This document shows positions 28,411 through 37,998 of a stretch of 64,000 nt of DNA, piece by piece (the first letter of the stretch is position 1; each line of letters begins with the position of its first letter). Under the pieces are notes generated by a model that was not told the DNA's origin, ran no database searches, and was given only the letters and a program-made list of their open reading frames with translations. Source of the DNA: a virus; IMG/VR virus record IMGVR_UViG_3300050821_003228, positions 1-64,000 of that record; one strand, given 5' to 3'. A program made the position numbers and the translations under genes.

Positions 28411-28824
28411 ATGGAGATAAAAGAGGCGGAACGATTGGTTTCTGAATTACAGAAAGCCAATCAAATAGTCGGGTTTGTAAAGAGGGGCGAGACTCTAAAT
28501 AAAGAAAAGGATTTTAGGAATAAGAGACAAAAAGAATGTAATCATCGTAAGGGACACGTTATTAACAGTTACATTGATAATCGTGGCGATTTACATACTG
28601 ATGTTACTGTTTCTGGTTCAAAATATAATAATTATTCGATAATTAAACATACATTCTTTCGGGGAGATACTTGGGTTATATGTCCGAATTGTGGTAAAAA
28701 GTGGAAGCCGGGCGATACTGATTATGAAGTTGCATTAAAATTTCCTACCAATAACCAAGCATCTGCATCAATCCAAATGACTGTAGATGTTAATCAGGCT
28801 CGACAATTAACTAAAGAGAGTTAG
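28411..28824 (+). CDS. Zn-binding hypothetical protein (paralogue of 30005)
   Basis: CNHRKG..KH.F..WV.C..CGK.WKP..ALKFPT. Confidence 0.7.
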   Translation: MEIKEAERLVSELQKANQIVGFVKRGETLNKEKDFRNKRQKECNHRKGHVINSYIDNRGDLHTDVTVSGSKYNNYSIIKHTFFRGDTWVICPNCGKKWKPGDTDYEVALKFPTNNQASASIQMTVDVNQARQLTKES

Positions 28825-28832
28825 GAGGAGTT

Positions 28833-29027
28833 ATGGAGGAGTGTGTACGCTGTCAATTATTGACAGAAGTAATAGACGAATTATCGCATGAATTGGCGAA
28901 GGCTCAACAAGGAAGACGGGCCGCGTTCAGAGAATCCCTTGCTTTAAAGAGATTGTTACTGATCGACATGGAAGTAGAACATGAAAAAGCGATAAGTCAG
29001 GCTGATGGGTTTGGAAATTCGGCGTAA
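28833..29027 (+). CDS. hypothetical protein
   Basis: AGGAGG SD. Confidence 0.55.
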   Translation: MEECVRCQLLTEVIDELSHELAKAQQGRRAAFRESLALKRLLLIDMEVEHEKAISQADGFGNSA

Positions 29028-29182
29028 TCATTCGGAAGGTCGGATTACTGGAAAAATGATTATGGGGTAGGGAGAGAAGGCCAATCGTAACTATCCGGTA
29101 AAGAGGAAGCGGCCTGATCCGCTGTCTCGATTTTTATTTCGTGTGAAGGTTCCCTCTCGGAGCCTAACGGGAGGGAGCATTC

Positions 29183-29785
29183 TTGGATACAGTAAAAGAT
29201 AATCGAGCACCGTGGGAAACTTATTCTCTAGACGAGAAGTTAGATCAACGGTTAGAAGAAGAAGTTAACGAATATAGTAAGAAGAGACATACTAAAACGT
29301 CAGAGCAAAATGCTGAAGAATTGGCCCGTTGGGAAGAAGAAAACCAACAATTAGCTAGACAGTACCAATTTTTAACACCTGATGAATATCGTGATGAAGG
29401 CGCACGAATCGGTAAGATCATACACTCCTCAAAATTTTTGAATATACTTCGGAAAGAATTCAAGCTGAATGCGTGGTATCGAATTCATCCTCACAAAGAC
29501 AAGTTAACTCTGATAGTTCAAAGAAAGAACTTTGAACCGGAAGTTGCTTGTTGGGCAATGAAGGGATTCATGCCGGAGTATGAAATCGTTCGATTTGATA
29601 AATATGGCGTGCCGTTAGATTCTAAATATCGTGGGTGGAGAACCTGTTGCCTTCAGATGATATTGAAGGGTATATTGAACGAGAAGGATGTAGACCGAGT
29701 ATTTGGTCGGGCACAAGGACCGGCATCAGAGAGGTATTGTAGTACGTTATTTGAGATTCGTAATCATTATGCGAAAGCGGTATAG
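29183..29785 (+). CDS. conserved phage protein
   Basis: MPEYE..D..G.P..RGWRT..L motif. Confidence 0.65.
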   Translation: MDTVKDNRAPWETYSLDEKLDQRLEEEVNEYSKKRHTKTSEQNAEELARWEEENQQLARQYQFLTPDEYRDEGARIGKIIHSSKFLNILRKEFKLNAWYRIHPHKDKLTLIVQRKNFEPEVACWAMKGFMPEYEIVRFDKYGVPLDSKYRGWRTCCLQMILKGILNEKDVDRVFGRAQGPASERYCSTLFEIRNHYAKAV

Positions 29786-29792
29786 GAGGAGT

Positions 29793-29996
29793 ATGAGTGG
29801 TTGGGGATTTGATCTAGGTGATTTAAAGAAGGATTATAAAGGTGTCATTAGAAAGAAATTGATGAATGGTTATCAATTAGATGATCCTTTAGTTTATTTT
29901 GAATTTAAGTACAACATTGAAACGAAGGAAGCGGCCAGACTATTGATTGATCGTTTGACTAAGTTAATAGATGAATGTGATCAGTACGGATTATAG
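29793..29996 (+). CDS. hypothetical protein
   Basis: AGGAGG SD. Confidence 0.55.
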   Translation: MSGWGFDLGDLKKDYKGVIRKKLMNGYQLDDPLVYFEFKYNIETKEAARLLIDRLTKLIDECDQYGL

Positions 29997-30004
29997 GAGG
30001 AATT

Positions 30005-30586
30005 ATGACAGAAGCAGTTACACCGGTACAGAAGAAACAATCGCTTGAAGATATGGAGTTAGAGTTTAAGCGATTAGAAATTGAAGCTAAGAAATTAGAG
30101 TTGTTAGATATACGTGATCGCGTTGATGATCGTCAGATGAAGCGCGATAATCGTGAACAAAGGACGAGGGCGAACGGTCAGGTATTAGATAATAACCTAG
30201 CTCAACGCCGTGCTGTTCAAGAACAGTGTAACCACCGTAAGGGTGGTAACGGGTTAGAAGGATTTGCGTCTGGACAAGGCGATGATCCTCAATATGCAGT
30301 GCTAAAGCATCAATTTCTTAACAGTGATGTTTGGGTCCGTTGTCTTCGTTGTGGTAAGTGGTGGAAACCACCTGTCGAGTCATCTTTCTATTTTGATGCG
30401 CGAGGAAGAGAAGTTGCCTCTAAAGATGGCAAGTTTGATGCAGAGAAGTTCGCTCAAGCTAAAGCTGAATACGCTATCGCGCTAAAGTTTCCTACAAGGA
30501 ATTCGATGTCAGGATCATACCAGTTCAAATTCTCAGACGGCGGTCAAGTATTTCGTGAAGCAACGAAAGATACCGACAAGACTTAG
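30005..30586 (+). CDS. Zn-binding hypothetical protein with N-terminal coiled coil
   Basis: Shares motifs with 28411. Confidence 0.7.
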   Translation: MTEAVTPVQKKQSLEDMELEFKRLEIEAKKLELLDIRDRVDDRQMKRDNREQRTRANGQVLDNNLAQRRAVQEQCNHRKGGNGLEGFASGQGDDPQYAVLKHQFLNSDVWVRCLRCGKWWKPPVESSFYFDARGREVASKDGKFDAEKFAQAKAEYAIALKFPTRNSMSGSYQFKFSDGGQVFREATKDTDKT

Positions 30587-30593
30587 GAGTTAA

Positions 30594-31706
30594 ATGAGCA
30601 GCAACAGTAGCGTTAAATTAAATCAGCTTGTTGATGATGCAAATTCAATGGGGGATTTAGCGCCCGCTTTGGCTACAGGCGGGTTTTCTGATGCCCCGGC
30701 TATTTCTATCGCTAATGATGTGATGGCCGCGATGATCCTCGGTGGAGCACAAGGTCAGCCGTTAAATCATAAATGGAATCGTATCAATGTCGCGCCATTT
30801 CCAACGATTAGTTATCAGCAAGATTATTTAACGAATATCGTAAATCTTGCGTGGATTGAATCGGCTTGGGCTACAAATATTAATCAGACTCAGGTTATTA
30901 AGCAGAAAGTTCAACTTGAAGTTCATCGTGATCTTCTTGTTACATATTGGCAATATGGTTATCCCGGTAAAATCTGTTGGATGCAGAATGATACATTATC
31001 GACAGGAGTTTGGGGATTACACCCCTTCGGGCCGACTGCTGGAAATCCTTCCGGTGAAACAACTTCTATCTTCGGTAATATAACAGGATTACAGAATCCC
31101 GGCCCCGGCGTAATATATACAAATCCGATCGGCGCGTCTCCAAGTGGGCCGATAAATGCTACCACGAATATTACTGATCCTAATGGTAATCTTTGGGTGG
31201 TAACGACATTTGGTACTTGTGGAACTGTTCAACCAACTTGGCCGACTACACCGGTTTATCCGACTTATAACAGTCCGTCAACTGTGGCAACTACAGTGAC
31301 AGATGGAACAGTCGTATGGACGGCAATCAATCCGAAGGGGCAGGGATTCAGATTAAATCCGATTCCTTCTCAAACAGGGTGTGTATGGTTAATTCAACCC
31401 GTTTGTCAAGCAAGGGCAGTTCAGTTTACAAGTTTAACTCAGACACTTGATCCTGTTCCTGACGATTATGCGACATACTTTAAGCAAGGATTTTTTGCTC
31501 AATGTTATCGTCGTAGTCCTGATCCCAAGGTTCGAGCAAAGTTTGCTGATGAGTGGCGTCTTTGGCTCGACTCGTTAAATCGTTCAGTTTTGAGCGGTCA
31601 ACGTGAAACTGACGATATGGGATTTTATCCCTCAAATTCTATAATGGATTCTGGGGTTGGATGCTATCAGTGGTTTCCTACAATCGGTTATCCGTATGTA
31701 GTATAA
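30594..31706 (+). CDS. probable head-tail adaptor with inserted Trp-rich module
   Basis: KWNR..QQDY..P.P..VPDDY pattern; synteny. Confidence 0.6.
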   Translation: MSSNSSVKLNQLVDDANSMGDLAPALATGGFSDAPAISIANDVMAAMILGGAQGQPLNHKWNRINVAPFPTISYQQDYLTNIVNLAWIESAWATNINQTQVIKQKVQLEVHRDLLVTYWQYGYPGKICWMQNDTLSTGVWGLHPFGPTAGNPSGETTSIFGNITGLQNPGPGVIYTNPIGASPSGPINATTNITDPNGNLWVVTTFGTCGTVQPTWPTTPVYPTYNSPSTVATTVTDGTVVWTAINPKGQGFRLNPIPSQTGCVWLIQPVCQARAVQFTSLTQTLDPVPDDYATYFKQGFFAQCYRRSPDPKVRAKFADEWRLWLDSLNRSVLSGQRETDDMGFYPSNSIMDSGVGCYQWFPTIGYPYVV

Positions 31707-31714
31707 GGAAAATT

Positions 31715-31990
31715 ATGAAAAAGAAAATGAAAAGTAAAGAATCACACATGTCTGGTGGAACTCCACCGGCAGATACTAAGCCTGAATATCCAGAACAGTT
31801 TGGAAAAAAGGCCGGTTTAGGTCGTTTACGTAAGGGTGGTGTTCAACCCGATTATCCAGAAGGTCATTGTCTAGGCCCATTTAAAGGTACTCGCGCCGGA
31901 GCAAAGCGTCATGGCGATAATCGTATTATGATTGGTTATCCCGATGCGCCGATGGCCGGTGATGGACATCCGGGTGCCCATCAGAACTAG
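31715..31990 (+). CDS. basic hypothetical protein
   Basis: AAGGA SD. Confidence 0.5.
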   Translation: MKKKMKSKESHMSGGTPPADTKPEYPEQFGKKAGLGRLRKGGVQPDYPEGHCLGPFKGTRAGAKRHGDNRIMIGYPDAPMAGDGHPGAHQN

Positions 31991-31998
31991 GAGAGTTT

Positions 31999-32235
31999 AT
32001 GATTGATTCAGTTTTAGCTTCTGAAATAAGGTCACGCACTACTTTTGCTTGTTGTTCAGATAGTCAAACAACTTTTATGTTGATTGGTGGTCTGCTATGG
32101 CAAAATAATGGCGATGGTTGGAATCCGGCAGGCTATGGGTTAATGGATAAAATATTTGATAAGCACTCGACTATAAGAATTAAACGAACACTTGTAATTG
32201 ATAGTGCTCATCGAACAACTGAAGTTGAATTATAA
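31999..32235 (+). CDS. hypothetical protein
   Basis: AGGAG SD. Confidence 0.45.
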   Translation: MIDSVLASEIRSRTTFACCSDSQTTFMLIGGLLWQNNGDGWNPAGYGLMDKIFDKHSTIRIKRTLVIDSAHRTTEVEL

Positions 32236-32241
32236 GGAAAT

Positions 32242-33153
32242 ATGGCAAGTTCTAGTATATTATTACTCAACACGCTCGAATGGGCGAAAACCTTTAATTT
32301 CGGTCGTAGTTTTGCTAATGGTACTTATCTAGAACCTGCTATGACTAGTGCTAATACTGTCCTTCAGACAATTGTTGGTGCTCCTTTTTCTTGGCGCTGG
32401 AACCGTGTTGTTACGGGGTTTATATCTACAATCGGGCAACAGGATTATCTTGTCATCAATTGGTCTGCTTCATTACCTGTTACAGTCGGCACGTATTTAG
32501 TTGATGCTGCCGGATATAGTCAGAAGGTGACTACAGCCGGAACTACAACAACTTCTATTCCTTCATTTAATGCGACTCCGGGTGGAACTACAACTGATGG
32601 AACGGCGGTATGGACTAATCAAGGCTTGATTCCAACAAAGACATCATCAACCTATTCTCTCGCGTGGATTGAAACTTCAAGCATTCAAGATGTCACGTTG
32701 ACATCGCCCGCTTGGATTGAAATGGAGAGTAAGACGGTTCTCGGTTTAGAATCGAAGCAATCTCGTTCCCGTTTCATTTCTGCTCAATTGAATGACAGTC
32801 TCGGTAACATGACTTTCAGGTTGATGCAAACACCCGATAAGACATATCCTGTAGCAATTACAATTCAACAAAAACCGGGTCTATTTACAAGCGTTAATCA
32901 AACGTGGTCGCCCATTCCTGATGAATATTCGCATATTTATAATTGGGGATTTCTTGCGATGATGTATATGTACGCTGATGATCCTCGTTTTGCTTTCGCA
33001 AATCAAAAGTTTGTTGCTCATCTTTTAGCCGCAAGCGAAGGATTAACTGACACAGAGGTCAATATTTTTCTTCAGAATTGGCAGTATGTGACAGGTTCGC
33101 CTATAGAAAAAACTATCAGAACACAGCAAGGTGGGCAAGCGCGGGGGACATAA
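32242..33153 (+). CDS. second adaptor-like protein (paralogue of 30594)
   Basis: RWNR..GQQDY..PIPDEY. Confidence 0.6.
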   Translation: MASSSILLLNTLEWAKTFNFGRSFANGTYLEPAMTSANTVLQTIVGAPFSWRWNRVVTGFISTIGQQDYLVINWSASLPVTVGTYLVDAAGYSQKVTTAGTTTTSIPSFNATPGGTTTDGTAVWTNQGLIPTKTSSTYSLAWIETSSIQDVTLTSPAWIEMESKTVLGLESKQSRSRFISAQLNDSLGNMTFRLMQTPDKTYPVAITIQQKPGLFTSVNQTWSPIPDEYSHIYNWGFLAMMYMYADDPRFAFANQKFVAHLLAASEGLTDTEVNIFLQNWQYVTGSPIEKTIRTQQGGQARGT

Positions 33154-33536
33154 TGGACCGTTGGATAACAGAAGATGACCGTAGTTTATTAGAGCTAAGT
33201 CTCGCCTCAGATCAGTATCATCAGACTACGAAGGCCGATTTTTATTTCAAAACGGGCACTTTTACTAAGTGTTATGAGGACGAACAAGGGCCGGTTTTAT
33301 TTATTCGTGGCGCGAAGTCCCTTCGGGTTGATATACAGTTTTTGAATAATTATGATTATGAACGTAATCGTAAAATGTTAATTGATAACTTCGCTTCTTT
33401 TGTTAATCAATGTAAGTCTGCTGGATTTCAGGAACTAGTGTTTAACACTACGAATCCGTTATTACGTCGATTTTGTAAGCAAAGTTTGAAGTTTGAAGAT
33501 GTTGAAGGTAACGAGTTAAGATATTTCATAGAGTGA
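33153..33536 (+). CDS. hypothetical protein, possible GNAT fold
   Basis: TAATG coupling; C-terminal pattern. Confidence 0.5.
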   Translation: MDRWITEDDRSLLELSLASDQYHQTTKADFYFKTGTFTKCYEDEQGPVLFIRGAKSLRVDIQFLNNYDYERNRKMLIDNFASFVNQCKSAGFQELVFNTTNPLLRRFCKQSLKFEDVEGNELRYFIE

Positions 33537-33540
33537 ATAA

Positions 33541-36500
33541 ATGCCAAACCAAACGGCAATGGCCGGTTCTCAATCACAGAAACAGAAAGCGCGTAAGTAT
33601 GCTCCTATTTGGGTAAACCGCTTCATTTCTGGGTATTGGCCGAACCGTAATCCGCTCCGTGATGCTTCACTTCCTGTTTTACAAGAAAAATTTTATGGAG
33701 CGTTGAATGATGCTCTCTACGATGGGTTAAATTGTGAACTGAATACGAAGTCAGAATTAACTCGTCGTGCGGGCAATTCAATCTTTGATTCTAATACTTT
33801 CGGCCCGCAACAACGTTTTTATTCGTTCCCCGTTTTTGGCAATAATGCTAATTCTTATCAGCGTGTATTAACTTCATCAAGTTCACAGATTACCGATATT
33901 ACTGGCGGGGGAAATAATGTTATTTATAATCGTGCCCAATTAGTACAAACTGGAACGTTAGTTAATATTACAACTTTGAATACTCCAATTTTTGTTTTAG
34001 TTGGTAGTATTAATAATATGTTTGTCGGACAGAAGTTGAATATTGATGTCGGAGCTAGTGCCGAAGTTGTTACTGTTTTGGGTCTTGAAAATGTGTCCGG
34101 TGGGGTTCTTTTCCAAGCTGTATTTACTAAAACTCATGGCGTTGATACATTAGTTGCTGCCCCATATTCAACAAAGGTAACATTTCAAGCAATTGGTGAT
34201 ACAACATTTTTTGCCGATCAATACAATCCAAGTCAATTATTGAGTTTCATTAGTTCATGGACAGCCAATACTATTTTTCAAATTGGCACTGGAATTACTG
34301 ACAGTAATGGTAATGTCCAAAAGAATTTGGGCGCTGCCGCCGCTATTACCAGTATTACGATTTCATCGGCTGTCCCTCAATATTCAGTTCAAATAACATA
34401 TACAGGGACCATTCCTGTTGTTGTTAGTAGTAAAGTTACTTTAGTCAATATCAATTATTATCCATTTACATTTTTAAATGGTACAACGCAAACAGTAACG
34501 GCCACTGGTGTAAATACTTTCACATTTTTAATAAACAATACTGTTCCAATTGGAACCAGTTCATTAACCGGCGCTACTTATGTTTTAGGTACTAATAATG
34601 TTGGTTCTACTGGAACAACACAACCGGCTTGGAGTACATCATATCAGGGGCTAACGTTTGACGGTAATACAATTTGGCAGTATAACGGCCACGCGGTACG
34701 TAACATCGGTATTGTAGCTCCTACAACTTCTCCCGTTGTGACTAATACGCCCGCACCGCCAACGGGAAATCCGTGGGCTGCAAGTACTTATTATTTCCCC
34801 GGACAGGTGATTTATGATTCAACTGGTACGACTGTTCAACAGTTAACAACTGCTGGAACTACAGCGGGGGCACCGCCAGTGTTTGCGACGACAGTTGGTG
34901 TAACAACTAATGACGGGTCCGCTGTGTGGACATGCATTGCTTCAGGAGCAAGTGGAAGTACTTCAGCAACTCGCGCCGTTTCTACTGCTTATGCTGTGGG
35001 AGCAATTACATTAATAACATGGACGAAAACGTTCATTAGTGGGTATAATACATCACAGAATAGCGATACTCCGGGGCATACAGTAGCTCCTGCAACTCCG
35101 ATTTATAGCACCGTTACATATTCAGCATTTTTTCAATGTACTATTGCCGGAACTACATCATCAACAGCAACAAATTCAATTTCTTGGCCGTTATCAGGCA
35201 CCTATGTGGATGGTGGGGTAACTTGGGCATTTGTTGGTCTTCAAATAAAACGAGGAGCAACCTCATCTTCGCCTTCAGTAACAACTTCAACATTTACGTT
35301 TGGTGTTATTGGTAATACAACATTAGTATCAATTTTTGGTAGTCTTGCTATTGTTAATTTTGTTTCGGCCCCATTGAATGATGCTGTATCTTCGGGCGGT
35401 GGTGCTGGTAATTTTGAAGTTATCGCGTTGGCCGGTTTAAGTGGTTCTACTCATCCAACATGGCCTTCAGGTGCTGGTTCAAGTGGGGTAACGACGGTTG
35501 ATGGTGGAGCGAACTGGATTAGCGCCGGTTCTGCCGGTTCTGCTGCTAATACTGGATATTGGACTTATGCATATGCATTTTTAAGTTCAAGCACTCCTGA
35601 TATTTCATCGGCAAGTCCGCTATCTGTTCCTATTATTCGTGCTCCGGGATCATTCATTTCTATTAGTGGTCAAGGTGATCCTAATAATATGTTCCTTGAT
35701 GGCGTAGATACAATAAGAATATACCGCAGTACTCAGCAAGCAACTAACGTTGCATTGCCGGGGGCCGACCTTTTCTGGATTGCTGATATCCCAGCAATGA
35801 TTAATCCAATTATAGGTTCAGGATTAGCATGGAATTTTGTTGACACAACTAATGATCCACCTGATCCTAATAGCACGATGAATAATCAGATTATTGCGGA
35901 TACTATAGGAGTTAATACTACTCCACCTTCGGCTATAACGAATTTGGTTTATTATCTTGGCCGACTTTGGGGATCAATCGGTAACACGGTTTATGCAAGT
36001 GCTGGACCGGATGTGTTAAATGGTGGAAACCCGTTTACGGCATTTCCGCCGTCTAATTTTATGGATTTTCCGGCAACAGTTGTACGTATGGTTTCATCGT
36101 CTCAAGGATTGATGGTCTATACGTCTTCTGGTGTACAAGTGGTCACTGGTAACGGTGTCGCCCCTGTCGGTTCATTTTCTGGATTTACTACATTTGTGCC
36201 TGTTATCTTTGCTGAGGGAATTTCTCTCGGTAGTTATGACAATTTGGCAATTGATGGTGGAACAACATATATTTATACAACTGACCGTAATCTTGTAAGT
36301 ATTTCATCTAGCGGATTACGTTGGATGAGCACGGCAATTGCTAATAAACTGATTGCCCCGTTCAATCTTCCAGATGGAACGAATGTTGATTTTAATCCAG
36401 CAAACACTTATTTGTCATGGTATGTCAACAGTGATGATTATGGTCTATTTCTTTCAGATGGTAAAACCGGCTGGTTTAGAATGATGCCAAGTACATCTCC

Positions 36501-37020
36501 TGATGCTGGTAATATGGTTTGGAGTCCATTTGCAGAGATTGCTGGTGGAGTTTCCGCCGTGCAGAATATTGAAGTAACACCGGGCATACATAAGTTGTTA
36601 GTAGCTCCGGGCGTTAGCGGCCCAATCTTACAAAGGGATACAACTGTCAACCTTGATAATAATGCAACATATTCGTGGTTTGCTACGTTTGGAAGTGTCA
36701 TATTGGCACATCCGGGCGAAATAGCGATGGTTCAAGCGATTACTGTTGACTCAATTGCTGTCGGTAGTCATCCAACTTTGACTGTCTATTTCGATGAAAT
36801 TAATAATGTAAACCCGAATGTTTATACTAATTACAAGTATGATCCATATTCGGCAAGTCAATCGAATACAGTCTTCGCTGACAGATTCTTTATGTCAGAA
36901 GATACTACTGCTAACGCTATTTGTCGTCATCTTCAGTTCACTATTGGATTCCCCGCTGAAAACGCGGCTAACACCGTACTATCAGCAACTATCATAGGCG
37001 CAACTGAATACGATAATTAA
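33541..37020 (+). CDS. tail nozzle/stabilisation-like virion protein with inserted modules
   Basis: DGLNCE..L.RR.G N-terminus; YYLGRLW..GN.VY.S beta-propeller pattern. Confidence 0.65.
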   Translation: MPNQTAMAGSQSQKQKARKYAPIWVNRFISGYWPNRNPLRDASLPVLQEKFYGALNDALYDGLNCELNTKSELTRRAGNSIFDSNTFGPQQRFYSFPVFGNNANSYQRVLTSSSSQITDITGGGNNVIYNRAQLVQTGTLVNITTLNTPIFVLVGSINNMFVGQKLNIDVGASAEVVTVLGLENVSGGVLFQAVFTKTHGVDTLVAAPYSTKVTFQAIGDTTFFADQYNPSQLLSFISSWTANTIFQIGTGITDSNGNVQKNLGAAAAITSITISSAVPQYSVQITYTGTIPVVVSSKVTLVNINYYPFTFLNGTTQTVTATGVNTFTFLINNTVPIGTSSLTGATYVLGTNNVGSTGTTQPAWSTSYQGLTFDGNTIWQYNGHAVRNIGIVAPTTSPVVTNTPAPPTGNPWAASTYYFPGQVIYDSTGTTVQQLTTAGTTAGAPPVFATTVGVTTNDGSAVWTCIASGASGSTSATRAVSTAYAVGAITLITWTKTFISGYNTSQNSDTPGHTVAPATPIYSTVTYSAFFQCTIAGTTSSTATNSISWPLSGTYVDGGVTWAFVGLQIKRGATSSSPSVTTSTFTFGVIGNTTLVSIFGSLAIVNFVSAPLNDAVSSGGGAGNFEVIALAGLSGSTHPTWPSGAGSSGVTTVDGGANWISAGSAGSAANTGYWTYAYAFLSSSTPDISSASPLSVPIIRAPGSFISISGQGDPNNMFLDGVDTIRIYRSTQQATNVALPGADLFWIADIPAMINPIIGSGLAWNFVDTTNDPPDPNSTMNNQIIADTIGVNTTPPSAITNLVYYLGRLWGSIGNTVYASAGPDVLNGGNPFTAFPPSNFMDFPATVVRMVSSSQGLMVYTSSGVQVVTGNGVAPVGSFSGFTTFVPVIFAEGISLGSYDNLAIDGGTTYIYTTDRNLVSISSSGLRWMSTAIANKLIAPFNLPDGTNVDFNPANTYLSWYVNSDDYGLFLSDGKTGWFRMMPSTSPDAGNMVWSPFAEIAGGVSAVQNIEVTPGIHKLLVAPGVSGPILQRDTTVNLDNNATYSWFATFGSVILAHPGEIAMVQAITVDSIAVGSHPTLTVYFDEINNVNPNVYTNYKYDPYSASQSNTVFADRFFMSEDTTANAICRHLQFTIGFPAENAANTVLSATIIGATEYDN

Positions 37021-37026
37021 GGAAAT

Positions 37027-37254
37027 ATGGAACGTTTTTTAACGCCCGAACAAGTTGAAAATTTGGGCATGACAGTATCAACTATGAGGCACGGCTCGTT
37101 AACCGGGCCGATGCCTATAAACCCCGTAATTGCTTTCTATCGTGGGCCATTACCTTCAACAAGTACATTTACTGATAGTGTTGTAAATTTTTATACTGAG
37201 AATAATTTTCGTAGTCAAAGACTATTTCAGCCCCGATTGAATGGAAGTCTTTAA
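37027..37254 (+). CDS. hypothetical protein
   Basis: AAGGA SD. Confidence 0.5.
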   Translation: MERFLTPEQVENLGMTVSTMRHGSLTGPMPINPVIAFYRGPLPSTSTFTDSVVNFYTENNFRSQRLFQPRLNGSL

Positions 37255-37261
37255 GGAATGC

Positions 37262-37996
37262 ATGTTTATAACGACTAGAATAACATGGGATTTATCAGGT
37301 AAAGTTATTGAACATGAGGGCTATTTTTATTCCGGGCCGATTTCATCCCTTTGTGGCGCTTCATCGCAGCAAAATCAGATAGAGGCTCAGCAACAAGCCT
37401 ATTATCAAACTTTGACACAACAGGCGCAACAAGAATTCGGCCAAGCATCAAAAGTCTTTGATGATCTTTATGCTGCAATGAGTCCTATAGTTGCTGCTGG
37501 AATTAATCAACAAGGATTTTCAACTGGTGAATTACAGAACTTGAATTCAATAGCTGAAACTAGTTCTGGTGAAGCTTATAGTGCGGCTGCCCAGAATGTT
37601 CGTGAACAAGAGGCCGCTGCTGGCGGAAGTAATTTCGTTCCATCGGGCGCGAATGAACAGATTAACGCTGAAGTTGCTGCTCGTGGTGCAGGACAAACGG
37701 CGGGTGAATTAAATCAGATCGAACAGGCTAATTATGCTACTGGACGATCAAATTATCTAGCCGCTGCTGGCGATTTATCTGCTGCAACAGGAACTTATAG
37801 TACTTCAATTGGTGCAGCTAACGCCGCTACTGCGGGCGGAAATGCTGCTGCCAATACTGCCAACCAAATTGCACAAGAGAATAATTCGTGGGTCGGGGCC
37901 GTAACTGGCGCTCTTGGTGGAATCGCGGGATCAGTTGTTTCTGGTGGTATGAGTAATCTTGGTAAAGGTGTTGGATTCTTCGGACAGAACGGATAA
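37262..37996 (+). CDS. probable ejection (pilot) protein
   Basis: Ala/Gln/Gly-rich, hydrophobic Gly-rich C-terminus. Confidence 0.6.
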   Translation: MFITTRITWDLSGKVIEHEGYFYSGPISSLCGASSQQNQIEAQQQAYYQTLTQQAQQEFGQASKVFDDLYAAMSPIVAAGINQQGFSTGELQNLNSIAETSSGEAYSAAAQNVREQEAAAGGSNFVPSGANEQINAEVAARGAGQTAGELNQIEQANYATGRSNYLAAAGDLSAATGTYSTSIGAANAATAGGNAAANTANQIAQENNSWVGAVTGALGGIAGSVVSGGMSNLGKGVGFFGQNG

Positions 37997-37998
37997 AC

